Source of the DNA: Guillardia theta CCMP2712
Taxonomy: Eukaryota; Protista; Cryptophyta
Length of the DNA: 64,000 nt
Assembly (NCBI RefSeq): GCF_000315625.1
Contig: NW_005434671.1
Span: forward strand, 476,078-540,077
Reading direction: 5' to 3'
Positions 44,880 through 60,102 of the stretch are shown here, in pieces (position 1 is the first letter of the stretch; every line of letters starts with the position of its first letter). The position numbers and the translations under genes are program-made. The notes below the pieces were generated by a model. It searched no databases, was not told where the DNA came from, and worked only from the letters and a program-made list of their open reading frames with translations.

Positions 44880-45394
44880 ATGGATACTGTCAGCGACAAG
44901 TGGAAGTCATGGCAGCGCTTCTCTAATGCCGTGTACGGCGAACGCGTGAAGCCATGGAGTTCCAGCGACATTGATCGCTTCGCTAAGGTTTACCCTCAAG
45001 CAGCCAAGGATCTCAGGACCATGAGAAGTGCTGGCGTCTGGTGTGTTGGGGGAGCAGTGGCAACGGCTGGTTCTGGCGCTGCTTTCTTCTTCAGCAGGCC
45101 TGGAACTCTCAATGGCAAGTTGATTTCAGGAGCTCTAGGTACATGTTTGATTCATAGTCTTGTTTTAATTTTCGCTGGGGCGTTTGTTTTCTGTCCTTTG
45201 CAAATGGTTTGGTTTTGCTGACTTTGTTTTTAGGAGCTGTAGCATCATACGTCGTTGGTTATCTTGGCACGACTAATGTGGTCTGCTACACGCACCAACT
45301 CTACAAGATAGACCAATACAAGGTTCAGATCCAATTCATGGAGTGGTGGAAAGAGAACGGTGGGAGAGGTGGCAAGCCATGGGAATACTGGTGA
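44880..45394 (+). CDS. SDH6: SDH6-like mitochondrial complex II accessory subunit (2 exons)
   Basis: Motifs PWSSSDIDRF and QLYKIDQYKVQIQFMEWWK, with two Gly/Ala-rich helices between them, match plant SDH6 as recalled. Intron ~45139-45233. Confidence 0.75.
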
Positions 45395-45701
45395 ACGAGT
45401 GTACATGCGTTGCAAACTGTTGATCTACTTAGATTGCGAGCGCAGTCACTGAGAGTAAAGTCAAAGTTTTCTCTGTGACATGTTATAGCCCTGTTTCACG
45501 TCGATGTCGAGAAGTCCTATCGTAATGGAGAGATTCGAAGGGTTGATGTTTGCTCTTGAGGATACCATATTCTTTAACTCCTTAATTCAATATCTCCATA
45601 CTCAAATAACTGGAGTAACAGCGTTACATTATACATACAGGGAGCATGGACTTTCATCATGCATACGACTCAGATGCGATGAAGGGAATGCGTCAAACTT
45701 T

Positions 45702-46295
45702 TTAAAAAGAGAAAGATGATTCTTTCCGGGCCTGATACCATTGGACTCCAACTGCAGAACCGTAGAAAACAAGGGATGCCGCAATGCTCAAAAAACAGTT
45801 CCCAAGTGCGATGATTTTGCTGTGGGCGAGGATAGCTGGAATACCGAAGCTTGCAGTGGTTATCCAACCAGTAGTGAAAAATGCCCAGTAAGTTGCCATT
45901 CCTCCGTCACTTCCCTGCCACGACGTCACACACTGAAGCTGCCTCTGCAAAGAAAGAAAACCTTGCTGAAAAGCACCAAAGGAAATGGTGCTATGGCGTA
46001 GGTTGCCACCACAAACATGGGCCACCTGGAAGGAAAAAGGTCAGAGCCCTTCCAGCACCATGATATAGAAAGAAAGAAGTGTACCAATTCGCTGAGATGC
46101 CAGAATCCGTTGTGATCACGCAGGCAAGGATAGAGAGGACAACAGCAAGCGTGCACAGAAACGCTGCTACAACCATTTCTGCGCAGAAAAGGTCATTTCG
46201 AACCGTCTCGAGCGCCATCGCAAAGGTTTGATGGCAAACCGTCGAGGTAGACAGCAGGCACTACAACATAAGTGAATACCTGACGCCGACGCCAT
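45702..46295 (-). CDS. VPS55: Vps55/LEPROT family protein
   Basis: Motifs LSILAC, NW(W)PMFVV..Y..APFP and FFTTG....SFGIPAILAHSKII. Confidence 0.85.
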
Positions 46296-47626
46296 CTTCG
46301 AGATGTATGAATTCGCCTTCGCTTGATTTGAAACCTTTTAGCGCCAAGCTTGAAAAAAGATCAAAAGGGAGTCGGAATCGATTTACAGCAAATCTACTGA
46401 TAAGGGATCCTATCAGCTTTAGGATGTTTCAGGATTTTTCTAAAACTTCTTCTATACATTTTTTGCTGCTACTATTCGGCAAGAATATTTGGAATAACAC
46501 ACACACATATACACACACACAAGGAAAATACGGAAATACGAAATGGTGAGTTGGATTACGTTCACCAATATCAGCTGAAAGTGCGAAATTTATGTCCTCA
46601 AGACGAAATACACGTCAGTCCACCGCATATCAGCTGTCGGGCAAACTATTAAAAACGGGTCGAGCTCACGGCCAAGGTCGAATGGCCTTTTCTGGCAAAA
46701 CAAGCAAGAAAGAATGGAGCAGCAACGGGCATGAGTCCAGCACTTGTCTAACTTCGGCACTGCCTCCTCTTGCACTGTCCTATCACCTTCTGATCGCTTT
46801 CCTTCGACCCGCTCTCTGCCCTACAGCAAGGGATTTGCCAGCATTTGCAGCGCTGCTTCAATATCCGTTGCATGATCGTTACTGAGTGGTTACATATTCA
46901 CAGGTCGTTTGTAGCTGCCAGGCACGAGTGTAGTGATGAGATGTGGATGCAGGGGTAGGGTGATTGAGAGACGAGGGTAGGGGTATATCGACCGTTCAAA
47001 GTAGGGGTAGTTTTTAGGATAAACATTGGGGTAACAGTAGCACACACTATGTCTTCTATCGGGGTGGGGTACATACCTGTGTTGTATCATGGATGAAGGG
47101 GTAGGTGGAATGAGGTGGTGGGTGGGTGGCAGCGCAGGGGCGACCGAGGGGCAGCAATGCAGCGGGAGAAGCAGGACAGGGAGAGATGGGGAGAGTAAGA
47201 AGCAAAGTTTGAGGAGGTGAAGAGAATGCGAGCAAACCATGTGAGATGTATGATCAGGAACATGTGCAGAGAAATGAAAAGAGGAAGGATCGTCCCAGAG
47301 GGCTCAATCAACTGGGGTATACATGCAAAATTTGCTAGGATCCAGCGGAGATGAGAGAAATTCAAGTTTGTGAACTGTAGCAGATAGGACAAGTGTATAA
47401 TTTGATGAAAATCATGAAAGAGGAAAGTGCTTCCCTTGAGCACGCAAGATGACGTAGAGGGAGGAACTGATGCATGTGCATTGGCATCCTAACTAGAATT
47501 CTGAGAGTTTGACTTGAAACATCTCAAATGTATAATTCGATTTTGACCTCTTCTTTCTTACTTTTCTCCCAGATCTTTGTTGAATCTGAGATTGTTGAGG
47601 CTGCTACGTGCTGAGCAGTTATCAAC

Positions 47627-49105
47627 ATGCCTCCACGGCAAGTAGCTGCTGTGCCCGATGGATTGGAAAGTGGAAAAGATTTCCCCATTGTCTGCGACGT
47701 CTGCCTTGGGCCAAATCCCTACATCCGAATGATCAAGCAAGTGAATCATAAGGAATGCAAGGTATCGGGCCGCGTCTTCACCTCCTTCCGCTGGCGCCCG
47801 GGTGCCGGTGCCAGGTACAAGGAGACAGTGATCTGTCCTGAGGTTGCCCGTGCAAAGGGAGTTTGTCAGTGTTGCCTGATGGACATGGAGTTCAACTTGC
47901 CGGTTGGTCTCCGTGACGCATTGCTGCGAGGCACCGATGAAGGCGACAACTTCGCCCCTCAGTCCGGTGTGAACCAGACCTACCACTATGACCAGGTTGC
48001 CAAGGCGAACAGGGAAGATGTTGAAGCCAGCTATGGGAAGATGGCGAATGAGAAGTTGTTGAAGATGGCGAGAACCAGCCCGTATTATGACAGAAATCTT
48101 CCAAAGCTCTGCTCGTTCTGGTTGAAAGGTCAGTGTACACGAGTCGTGGAGAACACATGCCCCTTCAGACCGTGCTGCGGGTCGTATCGTTTCCCAGAGT
48201 TGGCCGGAAGCAATCCAGAAGGAATGAAGACCCTGATAGCAGCGTTGGATCAGCTGGGTCCGTTGAAGGTGAGCGAGAGCTGCGGCGCCTTCTTGTTGAT
48301 GTTGGCTCTGATTCTCTTGTGAAAGGTGATGAAGGACAACTCACAAGAAATGGAAGAGATCAAGGAGCAGCTCAGATCTTCTCAACGTGGAAGTCGCGAT
48401 CAGAATATTCGCGACAGATACCACGGAGTTGATACGCTGACACAGAAATACCTCGGCAAGGCCGAGCAGCTCGGACTCGAACCTCCAGAGGACAAAAGTA
48501 TCACGACGATCTGGGTCGGGTTGGTTCCAGGAAACCCAGTGACAGAGAGGGATGTGATGGATCAGTTCTATGCATACGGAGAAGTGAAGTCTGTTCAGGT
48601 CTGATACTCCAATATCCTTATTCCCATCTCTGATTCAAAATACTCCGCAGATCGTACTGGACGCCAACTGTGCTTTCGTCACCTACACCACCCGCGAGGC
48701 GGCGGAACAAGCGGTAGAGAAGCTGCACGGCAATCTGACAATCAATGGCTTGAAGCTCAAGATCCAGTGGGGCAAACCTCAGCGAGCAAGAGGACCGGAG
48801 GGCATCGGTGGCGTTCCTCAGCTCCCCACTGCTTACCCGATGGCTCCTGTTGCCCCTGGAGCTCCGATGCCCTACATTGCGCCCTATCCTCAGTCGAATT
48901 TGCCTCCTCCGCCCCCTGGCAAACCTCCTCCTCCCCCTCCTCCTGGGTCTGGAATGCCGAGACCGGTCTATCCTTCCATGGATCCGTCATTTCATGGGAC
49001 GGTAAGAATTCGCTGTCGCTGCCTGCGAGATACTGATCGGAATGTTCTCAGCGACCGGATCGTCTGCCTCCTCCACCTCCGGGAAGGCCGCCTCAAAAGA
49101 AGTGA
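47627..49105 (+). CDS. RBM22: Pre-mRNA splicing factor RBM22/Slt11
   Basis: DFPIVCDVCLGPNPYIRM, FRWRPG, PYYDRNLPKLCSFW (CCCH-like), RDQNIRDRYHG, an RRM (PPEDKSITT...CAFV) and a Pro-rich tail. Confidence 0.92.
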
Positions 49106-49459
49106 AGGAACTTCTGCTCCCAGAAGGATGCGGATCTCACTTGATCTTGCTTGATTACTCTCTCCCTTCCTCCTCCACCTTGGAACGACATGGACGGAGA
49201 TTTCCTGGCAGAGGGATCTTCCGCTGTGTATATTATGTTGTTTCCACGTGCGAATGTATGCTCAGGCTACGTTGAACGGTAGGAATGCACGTGAAACTTG
49301 GACAGGAGCAGACTATCATGATTTCTTCAATTTTTTTTTTCGAAGTAGATGTTCAGAATTTGGGAATAATTTAAATCTTCTACTGCACATATCACCTCTG
49401 TTCACGTTTCACCTCACTCCAACGATCTCTTACCCCTCCCCTTCCCGTCCCTGTGTCTC

Positions 49460-51168
49460 CTACAATGCCTGCGCACTTTTCTCCAATCTGCGTTGAAACT
49501 GGCAGCATCCAGTCACGAAGGTCTTGGCTATGCACCTGTCGTCACCAAGGGTGGCAAGGAGGAAAAGCTTCTCCTGGAGCGTGCTTGACAGGCTGACCCG
49601 ATGGCGGAGGAGGGCAGTGCTTCCAGGATCAAGAACAACAAAATCTGCCTCCTTGCCCGGGAGGAAGTTCCCTATCCTGTCATTCAAGGAAAGAGCAGAA
49701 GCTGAGCCCAGAGTGAGGAGATAGAAGGCGCTGAGGGGATCCAGCTTGAAGCCCGAGAGCTGTCCAACCTTGTAGGCCTCGTTGAGGGACTGGAGCTGGC
49801 AGAAGCTTGTTCCTCCTCCCACGTCCGAGCCGAGGCCACAGCGGATTTTATGCTCCTTGACCGCATGCAGGTCGACAAGGCCGCTGCCGAGAAAGAGGTT
49901 GGAGGTCGGGCAGAAGGCCATGACGCTGTCGGTTGCCTTCATCTGCTTCCACTCCGAGTCCTTCATGTGCACGCAGTGAGCGAAGACCGAGCGGGGGCCG
50001 AGGAGCTTCGCTTTGTCGTAGATGGAGAGGTAGGACTCTGAGCCATGGATGGAGGTCGCGAGCTCGATCTCTGACTTGTTCTCGTTAAGATGCGTGTGCA
50101 TGTAAACCCCGTCATGTTGGTGATCGCCGAGCAGCTGTAGAGCGTCAGCTCAGCATCGCAAGCTTGAAGAGAGCGCAAACCTTTCCGGCGAGCTGGAGCT
50201 CTTCCGGGGTGGAGGTGATGGCGAATCGAGGAGTCACAGCATACAGACAACGTCCTCGCTTGTGCCACTTGTCGATCAGCCGCTTGCTCGCCTCGTAGCT
50301 CTTGACCGCGTTCATCCTGAGCTGCTCAGGAGCGTAGGGATCCGCGTCCATCAGCACCTTCCCGGCGATCATGAGCATGTTCCGCTTGCTGCTGGCCTCA
50401 AAGAGAGCATCAACTGACTCCTCGTGCACAGTGCAGAAGGTGAGAGCTGTGGTCGTCCCGCTCCTCAACAGCTCCTTCACGAAGAAGTCCGCCACCTGAA
50501 TGAGTTTTCAGCGCAGCGCAGACGCGAGGGAGGAGAGCAGCAGGAAGAGAAGCAGACCTGGCTTGCATGCTCGTGGTCGCCAAATTTCGCCTCCACCGGG
50601 AAGACGTAGCTGTCGAGCCACTCCAGGAGCTGCTCCCCGTATGCAGCGATCATCTCAGTTTGCGGATAGTGGACATGGCAATCGACGAAGCCCGGGACGA
50701 TGAGGTGGGGAGTGTGATCTTCGATCTCTAAGTGTGGATACCGAGACTTCACGTCCTCAGCATCGCCGCAGTGGACGACCTTGCCATGCTCGACTACCAG
50801 GATGCCGTCTTCGAAGTACTCGTATGCCTGACCTTCACCGTCCTGCAAGCCAATGAGAGGAGCGAGAGAGAGAGGTGAAGGGGGGGGGGGGATGGTGAGG
50901 CATGAGACACGTTACATGATCGGAAGGGTCTCTCAGGAAGTGAAGGACGGATCCTCGGTGCCCCTTGATGGTGCCTGCGTCCTGAAGGTGCAACAGTCAG
51001 GTTGCAACAAGAAACTTGAGCGCGGTCGATGCGGATGGAGCATGGGAGCATAAACTTCATCGGGCGATCATATCTGTCCTCTCCTCTTCATCTATCTTAC
51101 TCACATGCCCGCCAAAGTCGCCGCTGCCGCCAGCATGCCCGTCGGGTCTTGTGTGTCCCACCACCATG
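49460..51168 (-). CDS. guaD: Guanine deaminase (start approximate)
   Basis: Motifs PGFVDCHVHYPQ, GTTT, YAVTPRFA, HTHLNEN, AHCVH, FCPTSNLFLGSG and GSDVGGG. Confidence 0.93.
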
Positions 51169-51651
51169 TCGGGGAGGGGAACTGCTAGGACCCTTACACC
51201 CCTACAGCTATACTTGAGACATTTACTATGTGTGACACTATGTGAACTTTCACATGCTCGCACCATAGCAGCTGCAACAAGTTGGGGGCGTTTAATAGTC
51301 AAAATAACTGCCATGTAACGGACAAGCAATAAGGCTCCCTGGATTTGGGTAGGATCCTCCCTAGCCCAAGGGAAGGAGAGCGAGGAACAGAGGAGAGAGA
51401 AAGAGAAGAGGGAGAGGGGAGGGAGAGGGTAAGAGGATGGAAGATGATCGGCCCGACGTCAGCTCCTCATGAAGCCAAGGCAGCGCAAGTCTCTTACGCG
51501 CTGTCGAGTTGGCCCTTGGCAAGGAAACTGGCTGCGAGAAATCGTTTGGCTTGCTTTATCGGCTTGAACCTTCTACTCGGTGCGTGAGCTGTCTGTCGAC
51601 AATCTCACCCGACTCGTGTTTTAATCGTAAAGGGCAGCACCAACTCTGGCC

Positions 51652-54245
<2,594 letters not shown>

Positions 54246-54419
54246 TGAAGAATGAACGTTCGTTATCATTCTGCTCCTTTTCATTTCAGCTCTCTATGAC
54301 CGAATCGAAACGCTTTGCAACCCCTGAAGCACTCAAATTCGAATGGAGTTGTTTACTGGCTAATCTAACGCTCTGCATTCATACAAATCAATTGGAGAAT
54401 AACATTTTTGCATTGCTCG

Positions 54420-56480
54420 GTGTCTTCCAAGGTAACTTTGGGCGTATGGCACTGAAGCAAAGAAATCAGATTTGAGGATCATTAGGAATGGGGCGAACCT
54501 TGAAGGTATGCTAGAAACACAGGCGGCACTGGGAATGACAGGGGTAGATGCTCGGGACCTTCCTTCTTTGATCCTGTTTCATACATGTTAGTCCCTTACA
54601 GGTAGGGAGGAATCACCCACTTCTCGATCAAGGCGCCAATCCTTGGATCTACCGGATCTACGCCTGGGAGTCCAAGCAAGACGCTCTCAACGAATTCAGC
54701 ATCCTGTGATGCCCAATTAGCACATTATCAAGCGATAGATGCACATGCCTGCATGGCCAGGGTGAGAGCTTTTGTCGATACAAATTTGCACGGAGAATTG
54801 CGCTTGACAGAATTTGAAAAAGCTGAATCTAATGCAGAATGTGCTCCCTCAAACACAAAGGTCTAGCAGCAAAATATCACAGCATGAAATACATTCCCTA
54901 AAACGCACCTGCTTGTTGTTAGCAGCCCACTCGGAGAAAACGAAAGATCTTCGAGAAGGCGTTGTAGGGGTTGATGGAGTTCTTGGCGGGTGGAATACAA
55001 AAGGTGAGGTAGGATTGGAGTTGCGGCAAGTCGTAGCCCTCGAAATGAATCCAGGTGAAGCCTTTGAGAACATGTTACATACATCGAATCGACAGAGATG
55101 GTAGTTACCATCGACAGGTCATGTGCTGATGACAAGGAATCGCCCCCTGGAGAAAACGATCTCCGAGAAAATGAGGAGACCGAGTTTCTTGATGGAGAAC
55201 CGTAATCCATAGGCACTGTGGATCTTGAAGGCATTCTATCACGCTCATCGCTCGAGTTTGAAACGTGTGAGGATAAAGATGGCTGTACACTTTGTTCTAC
55301 ACTTCTGCTCGGACTCAGTGGATGTTGAGTGCAAGCATATCCCAAGTCGATCCCGACCGACGGCCTCCCCGTGTCTGATACACCCAGCAACATCACTCTG
55401 ACCGCATCTACGTCCCCCCCAGTGCTGTCGTTGTGAACTCCGTGTGAACGCAAGCGCGATCCGCACTGGTCAAGTGATATGCAGCTGGGAAGGTGGTCAG
55501 CACCGTCGTCACACCCCTGAGAGAAGATGAGGTCTGGAAGTCTGTCTCCCTATCGGACGACAAGTCAGTGCAGACCAAGGAGTTCACTTCTCCTAGCGCG
55601 AACCTGATTATCTGGGTTCCAGTCTCCATCATCGTAGATTGGATCGCCCGAATTTCGGTCAGTCAGTTGATCGTCCATGTTCCAATCTTCAAACCCTTCC
55701 AGATCTGCGCAGCCTGTATCATGTACACCATAATCTTGCCTGTATATCCTTACCATCCTCATATTCACCATTGTCAATGTCATCCGCCGCATTGTAATCA
55801 TCATACTCTTCACTGACATCGTCGTCTTCATCATCCTCATCTTCGTAGTGATAACCTGGGTCCATAAGCCGTCACTGCACCAGAAATTGCACGAATTGGG
55901 AACTCACTTCGGTGATCACTCATGTTTATCAGGTTCGTTCTGTCGGAATCCGTGTAATTTTCAAGCATATAAATGTGTTCCAGTAATTCCCTCGGATCGA
56001 GTTTTCAGGCCAGACACGATAAATCTCCGGTCAAATCGACATGCGCTCACGTTCCCCTCTCGATACCCACACTCTAACGATTCAAAGCACTATCAAGGCT
56101 TCACAGCATCTAGTCAGCCTTGCTCTTGCTCGAAATGTATGCCGAGCACACATCCGTCCTGTTCCGCAAAAAGATGAGCTCTTCTGAGGAGTGGCGACAG
56201 AGAATGAAGAGTGTGACAATACATGTGAGCACTAAACTTGGATACTGCGGAGAAACTAACAAAGCTGAGACATCCTCACACAGGCATCATCTAAGTATGG
56301 ACAGATTGAGCGACGGATGCACATTGGTGAACAAACACTGGCCTTAGGTGAGGGCTGCGCAAGAGGGTGCAGAATGTGAGGTGCTTGCGAATCAAGAAAG
56401 GACAAGAGTTGGGAGGAATACGTATGGCGGGGAGCGAAGGAAGCCATTGCTTCTTGAGGCACGCGCGCAGTCATCGCATG
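54420..56480 (-). CDS. Hypothetical multi-exon acidic/Ser-rich protein with an Rpn10-like C-terminal motif (ends approximate)
   Basis: An exon at ~54620-54704 encodes DAEFVESVLLGLPGVDPVDPRIGALIEK. Open Ser-rich and acidic reading frames lie upstream on the same strand. Confidence 0.45.
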
Positions 56481-57531
56481 CCTGACGTACCATCAGCCGA
56501 TAGCTGCAGCTGCATCCCGCGGCGGTTGCGTGATATGGGGGCAGGGGTAGTGCTGGACTTAGGGGTACCAATTGATGGGTAGGGGTATTGATGCTGAGGC
56601 GAGAATGGGTGTAGAAGGGGTTCGGAAGGCGAATAGATCGACAAGTACCGGTGTGACAACAATTGGGGTGCAAAAGGGGGTGGTGAAACAGGGCAAACTC
56701 GGGGTGAACATGGACAGTGCTGGAGTATCGTTAGAGGGTGGGGTTGCTGCTGGAGGGTAGGGGTTGAAAGGGAACCACAGTCCAGGGTGGGGTATCTTGG
56801 GGTGAGGTAGGGGTGGTGGCTCGATAGAGAGTTGGTGGTGGGAGAAACCACCCCGCCATTACTACTGCGCGTTGGGGGCCAAGGAAGGAGGGGGTGGGGT
56901 AGTACCACCCTCCTGGGTATCGGAGAGTTTGGAGTATCTGATCTGGGGTGGTCACAAGGGGTCCTGTCAACAATCCACCATGGTAGTCCAAGGGGTTGTG
57001 ATCTGGACGATGGTAGTAAAGGAGGGGTCCTTTCTTCCAACAATGTGCTGGTATTGAGGGGGTGGGGGTCTGTGTCGGGGTAGTCAAATCGAGGGGTGAG
57101 GGGGGATGAGGGCTCCGCTCTTTCGCAAAGCGACTGGGCCGGGCCGGCGAGTCACGTTGGCCGGGCCGGCCCGCCCCGGTACGCCGGATGCGGAATTGAA
57201 TCCATGTGGGGTGCTTATACGAGAATTTGTGAGGTAAAATGGGGGTAGGGTGGTGTTGATGGAGTGACATTTCATGCTTTCAAGGGCCAGAAGTGGGGGT
57301 GGGGGTGGGGGTTGGTGGCGGTGGATGGGAGACGAGATGACGGGGCAGGGAATGTGGCAATGGCAGGGAAGCGAGGAAGAGGTTGAGGCAATGTGAGGAG
57401 GGGGAAAGAGCAGAGCAGAGAAAGATGGCGAGAGGAGATTGCTCCAGGAAGAAGAGGATGTAAACACAGGATTGGAAGACAAGACTCAGGTCGGAAGTTG
57501 TCACATATCAAACTAGGGGGGGAGGTCAAAC

Positions 57532-60102
57532 ATGTACGGTCCAGCCTCAGCCCCGGGGATGCGGACTCGAAATGTGTCCATATTGAAGTATCTCTTCAAG
57601 CCAAAGAAGCCGAGCAATGCCGAGATATGGCAGCCTGAAGATGAGGAGGAAGAGGGGGAGCTAGGCGAAGGCAGGACCGGTTCCATGGCTTCAGAGATTT
57701 TGCCAGAAATATTGGAACGGATCCCGAAGCTCAAGTCGCAGGATGTGGGGGAGAGTGCCGAAGCCGCGCAGGAGATTGTGTCGCTCACCAACAGCACGAG
57801 CAACGAGGAGGACAAGTTGATCGGCAAGACGGGCGTGATAGAAGTCCTGGCGCAGATCATGATGAAGGGGAGTGATGCAGGGAGGCTGTCCTCGGCGAAC
57901 GCGATTGCCAACCTGGTGGCTAACTGCGAGTCGAACAAGGTCGTGGACCCTCCCCTGCTGCCCCTGCTGACCTTGGCCCCTTGCAGATTTTGCTGTGCAA
58001 CATCCCAGGTTCCTTGAGCGCTCTAGTCTCGTTGGCTTCCGTCTCTGATAAGGTCCCTCCTCCTCCTCCTGCAGAGGACGTGCGTGATCTCTTGAACCGA
58101 ACAGGGAGCGTCAGTTGTTGCTCGTGCCATGCTGAATCTGGTGGCAAACAAGGAGCTTGCTGTCGCCGTGTGCAGGACGGCTGGGGCTCTAGAGACTGTT
58201 GCTGGTCTTGTGCTCAAAGGCCACATGTCAACCAAGGAAGATGCAGCCCACGTGCTTCACATCGTAATATCGCAAGGAAAAGACAACGCGGTGATGGTCG
58301 CAAACACGGAGAATGCTCTGCAGGCGCTGAAATCGGCGGCGAGAGCTGACAACTGCACCGACGAAGCAAGGCTGTGGTCGATTTCTGCTCTGCAGGGGCT
58401 GTCCCGATGCTCAAAGCTCAGGATCTCGTTGCTTCGCTCCAAGATCATCGAGGATGTCTGTGTGCCGCTCCTCTCGCAGCAGGACACAGCAGGCGCATGG
58501 CAAGAGGCGATCCAAACTCTTGCAGTGATCACGGCGGCTAACCTGACCGGATGGTGTGAGGATACCGTGCTGGTGAACCATAGGGAGGAGGTTGCTAAGT
58601 TGGTGCATGTGATGGCGATGGCTTTGACCTCGAGAGAGTTTGGGAGCTACAAGTTCAAGAACTCACAAGTGCTCCTGGCCCTCTGGAGTCTGTCGCCCAA
58701 CGACTCGTTCAAGTCCGAGCTAGTGAAAGCGAAGCTGCTGGAGCTGTGCATCGACATGATCGCACTCGCCGAGTCGCCAGAGACTTCGGGGCCCCACAAG
58801 GGGATGAATCTGCACATGCTGCTGGAGATGGTGTATCATTTCATGTTCCTCGAGGCCGGAGCCGCCAAGTTCAAGGAGCTCCAGGGCAAAACCATCTTGG
58901 AATCCATCGCGAGGAGGGCGGATCCCCTTGCCCGCAAGCTTGCGCGAGGAGCGCTCTGGCAGATGGGCTACCGGGACGTTTGCCCGCAGCAAGAGGCTGG
59001 GAATCACTTATTCGTGTCGTTCAGCAAAGAGGATGAGGGCCGAGTCAGGCAACTTGTCCGAGCGCTGAACAGCAAAGGGCTGAGCACAATCCTGAGCGGC
59101 GAAAGGATGCAAGCAGATGGCAAAAAGAACGGCAAGAAGGAGTCTCACCTGTACGCCATGTCACGGGGCATCTCGTCGGCTGCTGCTGTGCTCGTCTGCA
59201 TCTCCGAGTCGTACAATATCTCGGCGGCCTGCCGCACTGAAGCTCAGTATGCTGAGGAGGTGGGGGCTACGGTCATCCCTCTGCTGCTCGATGACTCCAA
59301 GCCTGCAAAGCATCTTGCCAACATCGCTTCCCTCCTCGACTGCATCGATGCTACCGATCCTTCGTCGCTTGACCTTGTCGTCATGGAGATCACGGAGGAG
59401 CTCAAGCTTCAAGGCAAAGCCACAGGCGACGGTCAGGGACAGGCTTGGAACGGCTTCAATGGAGGTCCACCAACCATGGCGATGACGAACTTGAGAGGGG
59501 ACAAGGCGACGGCGGATGAGGAGGAAGAGCCGCGAGACCAGTCGCACGCACACGTCACCATCCCAGACGCAGTGAGCAGCCCGTGGAGTGCGTATGACTC
59601 CTCCTTCATGCGTGGGGCCCAGATGGATGACAGCTTGCAGTCCAGCAGAGGGAGGAGCGACTGGGAGGGGGAGGGGGAGGGGGAGAGCTACGGATTTAGC
59701 CGACATGCCGCGTTTCCCGTGGAGATGCTCGAGGGCTTCGTGGCGAAGATCGTGTCAGAGCGAACCGTGAAGCTGCAGGCTAGGATCAGCTTCCTCGAAG
59801 ATGAAAACAAGCTCATTCGGTCGGAGCTGGAGAGTCTGAAGAATCTGCACCTGGCAGCAAAGAAGGAAACGTCAAGGGAAGATCCCTTGGCCAGTGCAGA
59901 ACGACAGTTGACATCGCAACCTCCTCTTCTCAACGGCCATGTAGTCGACAAGTCCTCCGACCTGATGCCAGTGATGCACTCGGAAGAGAAATCACAAGGC
60001 GAAGAATTTGTTGGAGGATGCGAGGAAAACGAAGATCCAAAGGTTGGACTTCAGGAGCTGGCGCAGGAGCAGAAGGAGCAGGAGCAGGAATCGAGTTCAT
60101 GA
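57532..60102 (+). CDS. Armadillo-repeat + TIR + coiled-coil protein
   Basis: ARM-like units (NKELAVAVCRTAGALETVAGLV and others). A TIR_2-like domain at ~59002-59400 reads LFVSFS...MSRGISSAAAVLVCISESY..SAACRTEAQYA...VIPLLL. Confidence 0.8.

Noticed and set aside
46560-47200. Possible small gene between Vps55 and RBM22
   Set aside because: I could not build a consistent exon chain or recognise any homology.
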